Shown here: piece by piece, positions 9,202 to 19,015 of the stretch | Layout of the letters: each line of letters starts with the position of its first letter | Numbering within the stretch: the first letter of the stretch is position 1 | NCBI GenBank assembly: GCA_029261875.1 | Contig: JAJDAL010000003.1 | Coordinates: 58,815 to 122,814, forward strand | Source of the DNA: Deltaproteobacteria bacterium | Lineage (GTDB): Bacteria > Myxococcota_A > UBA9160 > JAJDAL01 | DNA length: 64,000 nucleotides | Reading direction: 5' to 3' | The notes under the pieces: generated by a model | What the model saw: only the letters and a program-made list of their open reading frames with translations | Databases searched by the model: none | What the model was told of the DNA's origin: nothing | Program-made: the position numbers and the translations under genes

Positions 9202-9810
9202 GTGTCGGATGCCACGCTGATCCTCTGTCACGACTGCGACCAGATGAACCGCATCGGAGAGGTGCCTTTGGGGGGAAGCGCCCGCTGTTCGCGCTGTGGG
9301 GGGCTCTTGTTCCGTCGAATCCGCAACAGCATCGACCGCACCCTGGCCTTTACCCTGGCGGGGATGGTGCTGTTCCTGGTCGCGAACCTGCTGCCCTTCC
9401 TCGCGTTCAAGATGCAGGGGCAAGTCACGGATACGACCCTCGCTACCGGTGTGCGGTCGCTCTACGAACAGGGACGACCGCTGGTCGCGACGCTCGTGTT
9501 GATTACCACCATCGTGGCGCCGTTCGTGCAGCTGGTCTCGCTGATTCTGATCCTCACACCCATGAAGCTGGGGTTTGCATTCCCCGGGCAAGTCGCGTTG
9601 TTCCGGACGCTCCACAAAGTGGAAACCTGGAGCATGATGGAAGTCTTCATGTTGGGAATTCTGGTTTCCCTGGTGAAGTTGTTGGGGATGGCGGAGATCG
9701 TGCCCGGGATTGCGCTTTGGTCTTTCGTCTTGTTGATCCCCGTGCTGGCCGCCGCCAACGCCTCCCTCGATCATCACCTGGTCTGGGACCGCCTCGGGCG
9801 GAATTCATGA
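9202..9810 (+). CDS. pqiA: Paraquat-inducible protein A (first half-size copy)
   Basis: CHDC..CSRC zinc ribbon, ANLLP, WSMMEVFMLGILVSLVKL. Confidence 0.9.
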   Translation: MSDATLILCHDCDQMNRIGEVPLGGSARCSRCGGLLFRRIRNSIDRTLAFTLAGMVLFLVANLLPFLAFKMQGQVTDTTLATGVRSLYEQGRPLVATLVLITTIVAPFVQLVSLILILTPMKLGFAFPGQVALFRTLHKVETWSMMEVFMLGILVSLVKLLGMAEIVPGIALWSFVLLIPVLAAANASLDHHLVWDRLGRNS

Positions 9811-10445
9811 GTGCCGCCACCGTCGACGGACCGGAAACGCTTCCGGCCAGCTGCCACGATTGCGGCATGGTGGTGTACGTCGCCGCCGACCCACATGCCT
9901 ATGCGCACTGTCCGCGCTGCGACTCGCGCGTGCATCGCCGCAAGACCGACAGCATTCACCGCACCTGGGCCCTCGTCATCACCGCCGCCATGCTCTACGT
10001 GCCCGCCAACGTTTTTCCGGTCATGACGGTGACGACGCTCGGCCAATCGCAATCCGACACGATCCTGAGCGGAGCCATCTATCTTCTCCACCACGGCATG
10101 TGGCCCCTCGCCGCCATCGTCTTCACCGCCAGCGTGGTCGTTCCGCTACTGAAACTCGTGTCGCTGATGGGGCTGTTGATCTCCGTGCAGCGGCGTTCCA
10201 ACTGGCGCCCGCGGGATCGAACCCAGATCTACCGGATCGTCGAGATCGTGGGGCGCTGGTCGATGGTGGACATCTACGTCGTGACGATCCTGGTTGCCCT
10301 GGTGCATCTAGGCAATCTCGCGTCCATCAAGGCGGAGCTGGGTGCCGTCTTTTTCGGGGGCGTGGTGGTGGTTACCATGTTCGCGGCGGAAACCTTCGAC
10401 CCCCGGCTCATCTGGGACAATGCGGAGACCCCTCATGACCGATGA
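9807..10445 (+). CDS. pqiA: Paraquat-inducible protein A (second half-size copy)
   Basis: CHDC..CPRC, YVPANVFPVM, GRWSMVDIYVV, FDPRLIWD; ATGA overlap at 9807. Confidence 0.9.
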   Translation: MSAATVDGPETLPASCHDCGMVVYVAADPHAYAHCPRCDSRVHRRKTDSIHRTWALVITAAMLYVPANVFPVMTVTTLGQSQSDTILSGAIYLLHHGMWPLAAIVFTASVVVPLLKLVSLMGLLISVQRRSNWRPRDRTQIYRIVEIVGRWSMVDIYVVTILVALVHLGNLASIKAELGAVFFGGVVVVTMFAAETFDPRLIWDNAETPHDR

Positions 10446-12045
10446 AATCGAACCCCAGGCCCCGTCGGACGACGACGCCTCGATCCCCGACGCGGTGGTC
10501 GAAGAGCAGAGCCGCCTCTCGATCGTCTGGCTGATTCCCATCATTGCGGCCCTGGCCGGGGCGTGGCTCGCCTACACGTCCTACACCGACCGTGGCCCCG
10601 CCGTAACGATCGAGTTCGCGACCGCCGAAGGGCTCGAGGCGGGGAAGACCAAGGTCAAGTACAAGGACGTCGAAGTGGGGGAGGTGGAAGAAATCCTCTT
10701 GTCCCGGGACCTCTCCCACGTGATCGTCCACGCGCGCCTGGTGAAGGGCGCGGAGCGTTACATGACCGAGAACACGCGCTTCTGGGTGGTGCGCGCCCAG
10801 GTCAGTGCCGGACGCGTCAGCGGACTCGGAACCTTGTTCTCGGGGGCGTACATCGGAATCGACCCCTCGACCGAGGGCAAGCGGCAACGCAAGTTCATGG
10901 GACTGAGGAGAGCGCCCGTCGTCACCTCGGACGTGCCGGGAACGATCTTCAGCCTGCGCGCCTCCTCCCTGGGGTCGATCGATGTCGGGGCGCCGGTTTA
11001 CTATCGCTGGTTCGAAGTCGGCCAGGTTCTGTCTGCGGAGCTCGACGAGAGCGGGAAACACGTCACGTTGCAGGTGTTCATCGAAGGTCCCCACGACAAA
11101 CGCGTGCGGCAGAATTCGGTGTTCTGGAACGCGAGCGGCGTGGACGTCGTCCTGAGTGCGGAAGGTCTCGAGGTCGACACCGTGTCGCTGACTTCGGCGC
11201 TGATCGGGGGGGTCGCGTTCGATTCGCCCATCAACCTCGACCCAGGGGGAGACGTTCAGCCGGGTACCGTGTTCGAGCTCTATCCCAACCGGCGTGCGAC
11301 CACGCGGCCGAAGCTGACGGTGAGCCGCCGGTTCCTGTTGTACTTCAATCAATCCGTCGGAGGACTGGTTCCGGGTGCACCGGTTGAATTTCGAGGCATT
11401 CGCATCGGAGACGTGCTCGACGTTCGCCTGATCGCACACCCGGAGACGGGGGAGATCCGCATCCCGGTGCTGATCGAAGTGCAGCCCGAGCGAATTGCGA
11501 TCTCGGGTCAGACCGTCACCAACGACGCCAAGGAGATTCAGGCAACCTGGGACCGATTGGTGGCCCGCGGAATGCGGGCGCAGCTCAAGTCCGGAAATCT
11601 GTTGACGGGCCAATTGGCCGTTGGATTCGACCTCTTCCCCGACGCGCCGGTCGCATCGATCGATTGGGAGGGCGATGTTCCCGAGCTTCCCACCATCCCG
11701 AGCCCGATCGAAGAATTGAAGGCGGGGCTCGCCCAATTCATGAAGAAGCTCGATCGGCTTCCGGTGGAGGAGATCGGAACGGGGCTCAACGAAACCCTGG
11801 CCCAGCTTCGCGCGTTGAGTCACAGCCTCAACACCGAAGTCGCCCCGTCCCTCACGACGGCGGTGACGGCCCTCGACCAGACCCTGGTGTCCGCCAACGC
11901 GCTGATTTCCCCGAACTCCGAAGCGGGGGCGGAGTTGCGGCGTTTGATTCGCGACCTCGCGGATGCTGCACGGTCCGTGCGGTTGCTGGCCGATCATCTC
12001 GAGCAACATCCCGAAGACCTGTTGCGGGGCAAGGAGACCGACTGA
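10435..12045 (+). CDS. pqiB: Intermembrane transport protein PqiB (multi-MCE)
   Basis: SIVWLIPIIA, AEGLEAGKTKVKYKDVEVG, SVGGLVPGAPVEFRGIRIG, LEQHPEDLLRGK. Confidence 0.92.
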   Translation: MTDEIEPQAPSDDDASIPDAVVEEQSRLSIVWLIPIIAALAGAWLAYTSYTDRGPAVTIEFATAEGLEAGKTKVKYKDVEVGEVEEILLSRDLSHVIVHARLVKGAERYMTENTRFWVVRAQVSAGRVSGLGTLFSGAYIGIDPSTEGKRQRKFMGLRRAPVVTSDVPGTIFSLRASSLGSIDVGAPVYYRWFEVGQVLSAELDESGKHVTLQVFIEGPHDKRVRQNSVFWNASGVDVVLSAEGLEVDTVSLTSALIGGVAFDSPINLDPGGDVQPGTVFELYPNRRATTRPKLTVSRRFLLYFNQSVGGLVPGAPVEFRGIRIGDVLDVRLIAHPETGEIRIPVLIEVQPERIAISGQTVTNDAKEIQATWDRLVARGMRAQLKSGNLLTGQLAVGFDLFPDAPVASIDWEGDVPELPTIPSPIEELKAGLAQFMKKLDRLPVEEIGTGLNETLAQLRALSHSLNTEVAPSLTTAVTALDQTLVSANALISPNSEAGAELRRLIRDLADAARSVRLLADHLEQHPEDLLRGKETD

Positions 12046-12647
12046 TGTTCGCAGTGCAGCGCACGGGAGTCCTGGGAATCGCAGCGCTATGCGTCGCGCT
12101 CGCAACGGCGTGCCTGGGTCGCAGCGCGCCGGTCCGCTTCTACACCATGAGCCCCATGCCGGCTGCGGTCGCGGCGGACAACTCCACCCCCGTCCCCTAC
12201 ATCGTCGGCCCCATGCGATTTCCCCGTTACCTCGAACGCCCGCAGATCGTGACGCGCGAGGGCTCCGAGCTGAAGTTCAACGACCTGAATCGCTGGGCGG
12301 CGGGTTTCGAGGCCAATGTCGAGGCGGTATTGGCCGAGAACCTGCGCGATCGCGTGGGATCGAATCCCGCGGTTTCGGGGAGCGTGGTGGCAAACGAAGC
12401 GGTTCGCGTGCTCGTCGATTTCGTCGAATTCGAGGGAAGGGACGACGCACTCGTACTCCGGGCGCGTTGGTCGCTCCGCAACGACCGCGGTCCGGACCGC
12501 AACTGGAGCGAGGAAACCGCACTCCGCCGCCCGATCAAGGCGGACGACTTGCCGAGTCTCGTGCGCGCCCACGACGAGGCTTTGGCGGGGCTCGCGGATG
12601 CGATTGCCGCGCGGCTTCTTCAGCCGGGAAACCAGCTCCATCCCTAG
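12045..12647 (+). CDS. pqiC: PqiC-like outer membrane lipoprotein
   Basis: Lipobox LATAC, RFYTM, PRYLERPQIV, NRWA; TGATG overlap with pqiB. Confidence 0.85.
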   Translation: MFAVQRTGVLGIAALCVALATACLGRSAPVRFYTMSPMPAAVAADNSTPVPYIVGPMRFPRYLERPQIVTREGSELKFNDLNRWAAGFEANVEAVLAENLRDRVGSNPAVSGSVVANEAVRVLVDFVEFEGRDDALVLRARWSLRNDRGPDRNWSEETALRRPIKADDLPSLVRAHDEALAGLADAIAARLLQPGNQLHP

Positions 12648-12669
12648 ACAACCGCAGCCTCGGGCGAGC

Positions 12670-14001
12670 CTGCGAAGCCAGGCGTTTTGGATCGCTGTAC
12701 TCGCCGTGCTGGTTGGGCCGGGATGCCGGAACGACAGTCCGCCGGATCCGCCGCGCCGTCCCAACGTCCTGCTCGTGACCTTCGACACGCTGCGCGCGGA
12801 CCACACGACCCCGTATGGCTATTCGCGTCCCACGACGCCGGGACTCGCCGCGCTCGCCGCCGAAGGCACGGTGTTCGACGCCGCCTACGCGGTGACGCCA
12901 ACCACGCTGCCCTCCCACGCCACGTTATTTACTTCGCTCTATCCCGACGAGCACGGCTGGGTGCGAAACGGCATCCGACTCGCTCCCAAGAGCGTCACCA
13001 TGGCCCAACTGTTCCGAAGCCACGGATACAAGACGGCCGGCTTCGTGAGTTCCGTCGTCGTCTCGGTGTACTTCGGAATCGATGCCGGCTTCGACGACTA
13101 CGACGATCGCATGGAGGGGAAGCGAAAGAAGCTGCAACGCAACGCCCAGAGTACAACGGACCAAGTGCTCGATTGGTTGTCTCGACAGACCGGAGAGCAG
13201 CCGTTCTTTCTCTGGGTGCACTACATGGACCCCCACTGGCCCTACGATCCGCCCGAACCCTTTCGGTCCCAGTTCGCGGCAGCGCCGGGAAGCAGCGAAT
13301 CCCAACGCGAAATCGGCCGCTACGACGCCGAGATCCGTTTTGCGGATCAGCAGCTGTCGCGCATCGTTGCGAACTTGAAACAGCGCGGCGGGTGGGACGA
13401 TACGCTCGCCATTGTGACCGCAGACCACGGACAGGGTTTGGGCCAACACGGTTGGCCCACCCACGGTCCACTGCTCTACGAAGAAGCGGTGCGCGTTCCC
13501 CTGATCGTGCGTTGGCCCGGGCACATTCCCAGCGGCCGGCGCGTGGCGTTCCCGACGGGATTGATCGATCTCCTCCCCAGTGTTCTCGGACTCCTCGATC
13601 TGGAAATTCCCGCGGGCTTGCGGGGCCACGATTTTTCCAAGGTATGGACCGGGGAATCCGAGGGGGACCCGAAGCCGGTCTTTTTTCAACGGGAGGAATA
13701 CGAGGGCCACGAAGTGAAGAGCCGCAGCGCGACGATTCCCGTGGCGGGCGCGAAGTGGGGCGTGCGCCACGGGCGCTGGAAATTGATCGTGGCGCCCGAC
13801 GAACAGACGTTGGAACTCTACGACCTCGTCGCGGACCCCGGAGAATTGGAGAACGTGGCACCCCACAACCCGGAAACCGTGCGTTCGCTCATGGGGGTCG
13901 TGGACGATTGGCGGGCGCAGGCTAGCCCCGGAGAGCGTCCAACCGAGCACCTGGATGAAGATCTGGCGGAAAAGCTACGGGCCCTGGGTTACGGTCAATA
14001 G
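12670..14001 (+). CDS. Sulfatase-like (alkaline phosphatase superfamily) lipoprotein with TLPSH motif; start uncertain
   Basis: PNVLLVTFDTLRADH, TTLPSHATLFTS, HYMDPH, ADHG, C-terminal LRALGY; lipobox-like GPGC. The start may be CTG 12670 or GTG 12706. Confidence 0.8.
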   Translation: MRSQAFWIAVLAVLVGPGCRNDSPPDPPRRPNVLLVTFDTLRADHTTPYGYSRPTTPGLAALAAEGTVFDAAYAVTPTTLPSHATLFTSLYPDEHGWVRNGIRLAPKSVTMAQLFRSHGYKTAGFVSSVVVSVYFGIDAGFDDYDDRMEGKRKKLQRNAQSTTDQVLDWLSRQTGEQPFFLWVHYMDPHWPYDPPEPFRSQFAAAPGSSESQREIGRYDAEIRFADQQLSRIVANLKQRGGWDDTLAIVTADHGQGLGQHGWPTHGPLLYEEAVRVPLIVRWPGHIPSGRRVAFPTGLIDLLPSVLGLLDLEIPAGLRGHDFSKVWTGESEGDPKPVFFQREEYEGHEVKSRSATIPVAGAKWGVRHGRWKLIVAPDEQTLELYDLVADPGELENVAPHNPETVRSLMGVVDDWRAQASPGERPTEHLDEDLAEKLRALGYGQ

Positions 14002-14030
14002 ATCGCAGGCAAAGAGGGTAGGGTTCGAGG

Positions 14031-14879
14031 ATGAATGAAGAACTCGTTTTGGCTCCGTTTGTTTCGACCATTCTGCATCCGACGGATTTTTCGGAAACCA
14101 GTGATGCGGCGTTCGCCCACGCCCTGGCCATTACCTTGATCCGCAAGGCGCGCCTGACGCTGCTCCACGCCGAGCGCGGATCGTCGCAGCACCATTGGTC
14201 CGAGTTTCCGTCGATTCGCGCTGCGCTCGAGCGCTGGGGCTTGCTCGAGCCCGGGAGCCCCCGCTCGGCGGTCTACAAGCAGCTGCAGATTCGCGTAGAG
14301 AAACTCCACATCCCCACGGACGACGCGGTGGATGCCATTCTGGAAATGGTCGAGGAAGACCAACCGGATTTACTCGTGCTGGGAACCGAAGGCCGGGAGG
14401 GATTGCCGCGCTGGTCGAGCCCGTCCGTGGCCGAACGCGCCGCGCGGCGCTCGCGCACGACCACGCTGTTCGTTCCGTCGAACACCCGCGGGTTCGTGTC
14501 CGCGAAAGACGGCTCCACTCAATTGCGAAGGATCTTGCTTCCGGTCGATGTCGAACCCGATCCGGAGGCCGCGATCCTGCGCGCAACCCGGGCCGCGGCG
14601 GCACTCGGCGATGTCCCCGTAGAGATTTCGATCCTCCATGTGGGGGGGGAGGCGCCGGTGCTTCCGGACTTACCGAGTGATCCGGATTGGACCTGGAAGC
14701 ATCTGCGTCGCGAAGGGGATGCGGTCGAAGAAATTCTGGCGGTGGCCGAAGAGGAAGACAGTGATCTGATCGTCATGGCCACCGCGGGGCACGAAGGCGT
14801 TCTCGATGCGCTACGGGGTAGCGTGACCGAGCGCGTGTTGCGCGGCGCACGCTGTCCGCTGCTCGCGATCCCCGAATAG
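14031..14879 (+). CDS. Tandem-domain universal stress protein
   Basis: ILHPTDFSETS, second domain ILLPVD, GSVTERVLRGARCPLLAI. Confidence 0.92.
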   Translation: MNEELVLAPFVSTILHPTDFSETSDAAFAHALAITLIRKARLTLLHAERGSSQHHWSEFPSIRAALERWGLLEPGSPRSAVYKQLQIRVEKLHIPTDDAVDAILEMVEEDQPDLLVLGTEGREGLPRWSSPSVAERAARRSRTTTLFVPSNTRGFVSAKDGSTQLRRILLPVDVEPDPEAAILRATRAAAALGDVPVEISILHVGGEAPVLPDLPSDPDWTWKHLRREGDAVEEILAVAEEEDSDLIVMATAGHEGVLDALRGSVTERVLRGARCPLLAIPE

Positions 14880-14883
14880 GGGG

Positions 14884-16335
14884 CTAACCCCGGGCGGCGA
14901 GTCGACCTGCGCGTCGCCCGAAGAACGTCGCTTCTCCGATGCAGGTTCCACTCGAATAACCGATTCCATCCTGGGCGATGTTGGACGCACACGCGCCGGC
15001 GGCAAACAGCCCGGGAATCGTTTCGCCCGAAGACGTCTGGGCTTCGCCATCGATCGACGTGCGCAGCCCGCCGAGGGTGAATCCCGTATACCAGGATTTT
15101 CCGAAGGAACACTGGATCGCCGCAAAGGGCGGGGTCTGCAGGGGCTTGAGCCATTTCGCTCCCTTGTGGAACTCCGGGTCTTCCCCGCGCGCGGCGTGCT
15201 TGTTGTAGTTCTCGATGGTGGCTTCGAGCTCCGGTGTCTCGAGCGCTTCCGCCATGGCCGCAACACTGTCCCAGGCATCGACGAGCTCTTGTCCCCCCAT
15301 CTCCGGTCGACCGAAACATTCGTCGTCGGCGATCAGGTAAACGGTGCCGTCGGGTTGCTCGAGGTTGAACAGCGTGGAACGGGAATGGTACGAGTCTTCC
15401 GCGACGTAACGCTTGCCGTGTTTGTTGACCAGGATGCCCTTGAGGAGACTTTCGGGCGGGTAGAAGGGCGCCGTCACGAAGAAGCCATCCATGTGGATCG
15501 CTTCGCCACCGGCCGCCACACCGAGCTGGATACCCGCACCGTCGTCGAAGGCCCCGCCCTGGCGGTCGATGCGCGGGTCCGCGAGACGCGGGCAATATTT
15601 TTCGAGCATGGCTTCGTTCCAGGTGAAGTGCCCGGTCGCGAGTACGATGCCCTTGGGCGCACGGATGCTTTTCTGCGCGTCGAAGTGCTTGTAACGCGCA
15701 CCGACGATGCGGCCCGAGGCGTCGCGGTAGAGGGCCTGCACGGCGGCATCGGTCTGGACCCGGACCCCGAGCGCTTCCGCACGCGCCAGCAGAACCTCCA
15801 TCAACTTCCCGCCGCCTTCGTGGCCGTCGACCGCAACCTTGTGACCGCGCGGGACCGCCTTGGCCTTGTCGCGGTAGGGCCAGGCTTCTTCGTTGCCGGA
15901 CCAGATGAGGCAATCGGAATTGAGTTGTACGACGGTCTTGAAGGGGTGCATGTTGTCGTTGAAGGGCACGCCCTGGGCGACCAGCCAGTCGAAATGGGCA
16001 ACGCTCTGTTCGCAATACAGTCGGATCTTGGCTTCGTCGGGATCCGGCGTCACGGCGATCAAGTAGTTGTACATGTCTTCGACGCTGTCTTCGTAGCCGC
16101 AGGCTTTTTGGACGCGGGTTCCACCACCGAGGTAGAGGTGACCCGCGGCGTTGCACGTGAGACCACCACCGCCGCTGGCTCGTTCGAGTGCCGTGACCGA
16201 TGCGCCAGCCTCGGCGGCCTCGATGGCGGCACACACGCCTGCGGAACCGAGACCCACCACGACGACATCGCTCTCCTCATCCCAACGGTCGACGCTCGCC
16301 GCGTCGAGGATTTCGTACTGGGTGTTGTCGGCCAT
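14884..16335 (-). CDS. FAD-dependent oxidoreductase, 3-ketosteroid dehydrogenase/fumarate reductase-like
   Basis: DVVVVGLGSAG, FTLGGL, IPGLFAAG, YSSGTCIGEATFFGRRAG. Confidence 0.85.
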   Translation of the reverse strand: MADNTQYEILDAASVDRWDEESDVVVVGLGSAGVCAAIEAAEAGASVTALERASGGGGLTCNAAGHLYLGGGTRVQKACGYEDSVEDMYNYLIAVTPDPDEAKIRLYCEQSVAHFDWLVAQGVPFNDNMHPFKTVVQLNSDCLIWSGNEEAWPYRDKAKAVPRGHKVAVDGHEGGGKLMEVLLARAEALGVRVQTDAAVQALYRDASGRIVGARYKHFDAQKSIRAPKGIVLATGHFTWNEAMLEKYCPRLADPRIDRQGGAFDDGAGIQLGVAAGGEAIHMDGFFVTAPFYPPESLLKGILVNKHGKRYVAEDSYHSRSTLFNLEQPDGTVYLIADDECFGRPEMGGQELVDAWDSVAAMAEALETPELEATIENYNKHAARGEDPEFHKGAKWLKPLQTPPFAAIQCSFGKSWYTGFTLGGLRTSIDGEAQTSSGETIPGLFAAGACASNIAQDGIGYSSGTCIGEATFFGRRAGRLAARG

Positions 16336-16413
16336 CGGTGTTCTCCCGGCGTGAATTGGATCGGCACATCCTAGCCGAGTGGTCGGCGGGCGCGAGATCG
16401 AGGCCGTCCCGAG

Positions 16414-17994
16414 CTACGGCCGCGGCTCGCGCAATCCGTCGAGCGGCGGGGAAGGTTGGATGCGGTAGATCTGGCCGATGACGCGCCGGCGCGCCAGGGC
16501 GTGGGCGCCCAAGCCTTCGATGGCCCGGTCGAGCGGGGAATTCCAGGATGCGATGGGTGTGGGGGTGAAGTGTCGGGCGAGCTGGGCCTCGATGTGGGGC
16601 CGCATGGCCGGGGCGCGGTCGCCGGAATGAAACCATTGGTCCGGTATGGCGAGCGCTCCGTTCGACGCCTCGATTTCGCGCAGTTCGCTTTCCGATAGCC
16701 CGTCCCAGAGTACGATCTCGCGCCATTCCCGCGTGGCATCAGCGAGTTCCAAGGGGGTCCTGTATTTGAGCCCTTCCGGGAGATAGATCGGACCGACTTC
16801 GGCGCCGGAAGTGAAGCGCACGGCGGTCTCGAGGAAACGCATGCTTTCCCCCCAGCCCAGGGGGCGCGCCGCGTGGCGATTGGCGATGAAGACACCGCTC
16901 GCCAGCAGCGCGGCGAGCCCGAGGACCGCCGTGGCGCGCCATCGGCCGGGAGTCCGCAACAGTTCGAGCGTCATGGCACCCAGGGGAAAGAAGAGCAGTA
17001 CGATCATCGGAACCGCGTAGCGCCATTGTTTGGGCAGGGGCTGATAGCTCTCCAAGCTGGCGGAACCGTATTGGAGCAGAAGAAAGAATCCCGCGCTCCA
17101 GATGCAGATGAAACTCACCTCGCGCATGGCACGCAGATAGCGCCAGGTGCCCAACAGCAACAACCAGCCGAAGAATCCCACGTACTCGATGCGGTAGAGG
17201 AGCATGGCGGGGTAATAGAGCGCGTCGCGCCAGGTGAAGGCGCGATCTCCGAGTGGGCCCTGGGCGCTGTAGAAGGCGAGGGCCGCGTGCTCGCGAAAGT
17301 TCCAATCGCCGGCCCACCAGGCGAAGAAGAGAAACTCGAGGGAGAAGAAACCGGCGGTCAGCACAGCGAGCGCGAAGCTTCTCCCCAGCGCGCGGCGTCG
17401 CGGGCGGATTTCCCACAGGCTCCACGCGCCGAAGATCACCGGCAGAAGGATCGCAGGCTCTTTCGCGGAGGTGGCGAGCGCGCTCGCGAGCGCAGCGGCG
17501 ACGAGTTTGCGTTTCCCTTGCCCCGCTGGACTGCGCAAGGCATCGATCGCCCAGCAGGCGGCCAACAAGGCGAAGAAGAGCATCAGGGAATCCGGCAGGA
17601 TCATGCCGCTGCTGTGGAATTCGAAGGTGAAGAAAGCCCACCACAGGGTGGCGAGGAGTGCGACCTGGGGGTGGGCGAGACGCGTCCCCAACCGGTAGAA
17701 GACCGGGAGGATGGCGATCGATAGCCCGAGCTGGGCGATGGCCAACCCGGGAAGTTCCGCGCCCATCCGAATCCAGAACCCGAGCCATGCGATGAAGATC
17801 GCGCGCACGTAGGCGTGATCCAGGCCATCGGGGGGCGCCCCGGTGGCGAGCAGGGACGCGGCGCGGATGTAGCGCGTGTCGTCGGAACCCAATGGACCCG
17901 ACAAGAAAACCCAACGCAGCAGCGCGCCCATGAACACGATGGCGAGCAAGAGGAAGAACTCTTGGCGCTTCGCGTTCGGAGCCTCGCTCGTCAT
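16414..17994 (-). CDS. GT-C-type (ArnT/PMT-like) membrane glycosyltransferase
   Basis: Multi-TM protein with GSDDTRY acidic motif after TM1, LPD, AKE and WRY motifs. Confidence 0.7.
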   Translation of the reverse strand: MTSEAPNAKRQEFFLLLAIVFMGALLRWVFLSGPLGSDDTRYIRAASLLATGAPPDGLDHAYVRAIFIAWLGFWIRMGAELPGLAIAQLGLSIAILPVFYRLGTRLAHPQVALLATLWWAFFTFEFHSSGMILPDSLMLFFALLAACWAIDALRSPAGQGKRKLVAAALASALATSAKEPAILLPVIFGAWSLWEIRPRRRALGRSFALAVLTAGFFSLEFLFFAWWAGDWNFREHAALAFYSAQGPLGDRAFTWRDALYYPAMLLYRIEYVGFFGWLLLLGTWRYLRAMREVSFICIWSAGFFLLLQYGSASLESYQPLPKQWRYAVPMIVLLFFPLGAMTLELLRTPGRWRATAVLGLAALLASGVFIANRHAARPLGWGESMRFLETAVRFTSGAEVGPIYLPEGLKYRTPLELADATREWREIVLWDGLSESELREIEASNGALAIPDQWFHSGDRAPAMRPHIEAQLARHFTPTPIASWNSPLDRAIEGLGAHALARRRVIGQIYRIQPSPPLDGLREPRP

Positions 17995-18039
17995 GGCGCG
18001 AACGGTAACGCCCCAAGGCGCGCGCCGCTTTGGAATCGG

Positions 18040-18924
18040 CTAGACGCGCCGCAGGGTCAGGGCTACGCCGGATAGAATCAATGCGGCGCCCATCAACGCT
18101 CGCCACCCCATGGATTCCCCGAGGAACAGCACGCCGACAGCGATGCCGACCACGGGCTGAACGAAAATGAACGCCGCCATGGTGCCGGCCTGGACTGCGC
18201 TCAGCGCGCGGTTCCAAGCAAACGTCCCCAGCACGGTGGCGACGAAGGCCAGCAACACGATCCACAGCAAGGCGGATTGGGCGCGTTCCAGGTCGAAGGG
18301 TTCCTGCAGCGCCAGGGGTAGGAGGGGGAGGGAGGACAGCGCGCTGGCCCACAGCGTGACGCGCAGGGGGTCGTGCCGTTCGAGCAGGGGTTTTGCGGCC
18401 AGGGTGTAGATCGCCCAGGCGAGATGGCCGAGCGCCATCAGCACGTCTCCGCGCAGGTTCCCCGCGCCGAGCCCCCCGGTGTTCGAGAGTACGATGGTGG
18501 TGGCGCCCGCGATTCCGAACGCGATGGCGAGGCCGCGTGCCGCGGAAATGCGCTCCCCCAGAAACAACGCGCCTCCCAACAGAATTCCGATCGGCTCCAA
18601 GGGGATCAGCAGGGCGCCGTGGGTCGCCGTCGATAGATCGAGGCCGATCGCGTTCAGGATCTGGGGAAGCGCGAAGCCCGCCCATCCCAGGAGAAACACG
18701 AGCCCCCATTCTCGCGGCGTAAAGGGTGCGTTGGGTCGGGTGGCGGGGGTCGATCGCGATCGCGCGTTCCACAACGCCAGGAGGAGCAGCGTTCCGAGAC
18801 ACTGGCGAACCACGACCAGACTCCAGGGACCGAAGCCATCGAGCGCCAGTTTCGTCAGCGCGGGGGAAACGCCACCGCAAGTCTGGGCCAGCAGGAGCCA
18901 GCCAAGGGTTCGAAGTTGCACCAC
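18040..18924 (-). CDS. DMT/EamA family transporter
   Basis: About 10 TM helices in two repeats; FVQPVVGIAVGVLFLGE. Confidence 0.9.
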   Translation of the reverse strand: MVQLRTLGWLLLAQTCGGVSPALTKLALDGFGPWSLVVVRQCLGTLLLLALWNARSRSTPATRPNAPFTPREWGLVFLLGWAGFALPQILNAIGLDLSTATHGALLIPLEPIGILLGGALFLGERISAARGLAIAFGIAGATTIVLSNTGGLGAGNLRGDVLMALGHLAWAIYTLAAKPLLERHDPLRVTLWASALSSLPLLPLALQEPFDLERAQSALLWIVLLAFVATVLGTFAWNRALSAVQAGTMAAFIFVQPVVGIAVGVLFLGESMGWRALMGAALILSGVALTLRRV

Positions 18925-19015
18925 CCCATCCTATCGAGGGGGCGCGGGGATGCACGCAGGAGATCGGAGCCGAACGCATTCAAGGGTCGAGAGGGGTGTC
19001 CGCTAAGCTCCGCGC

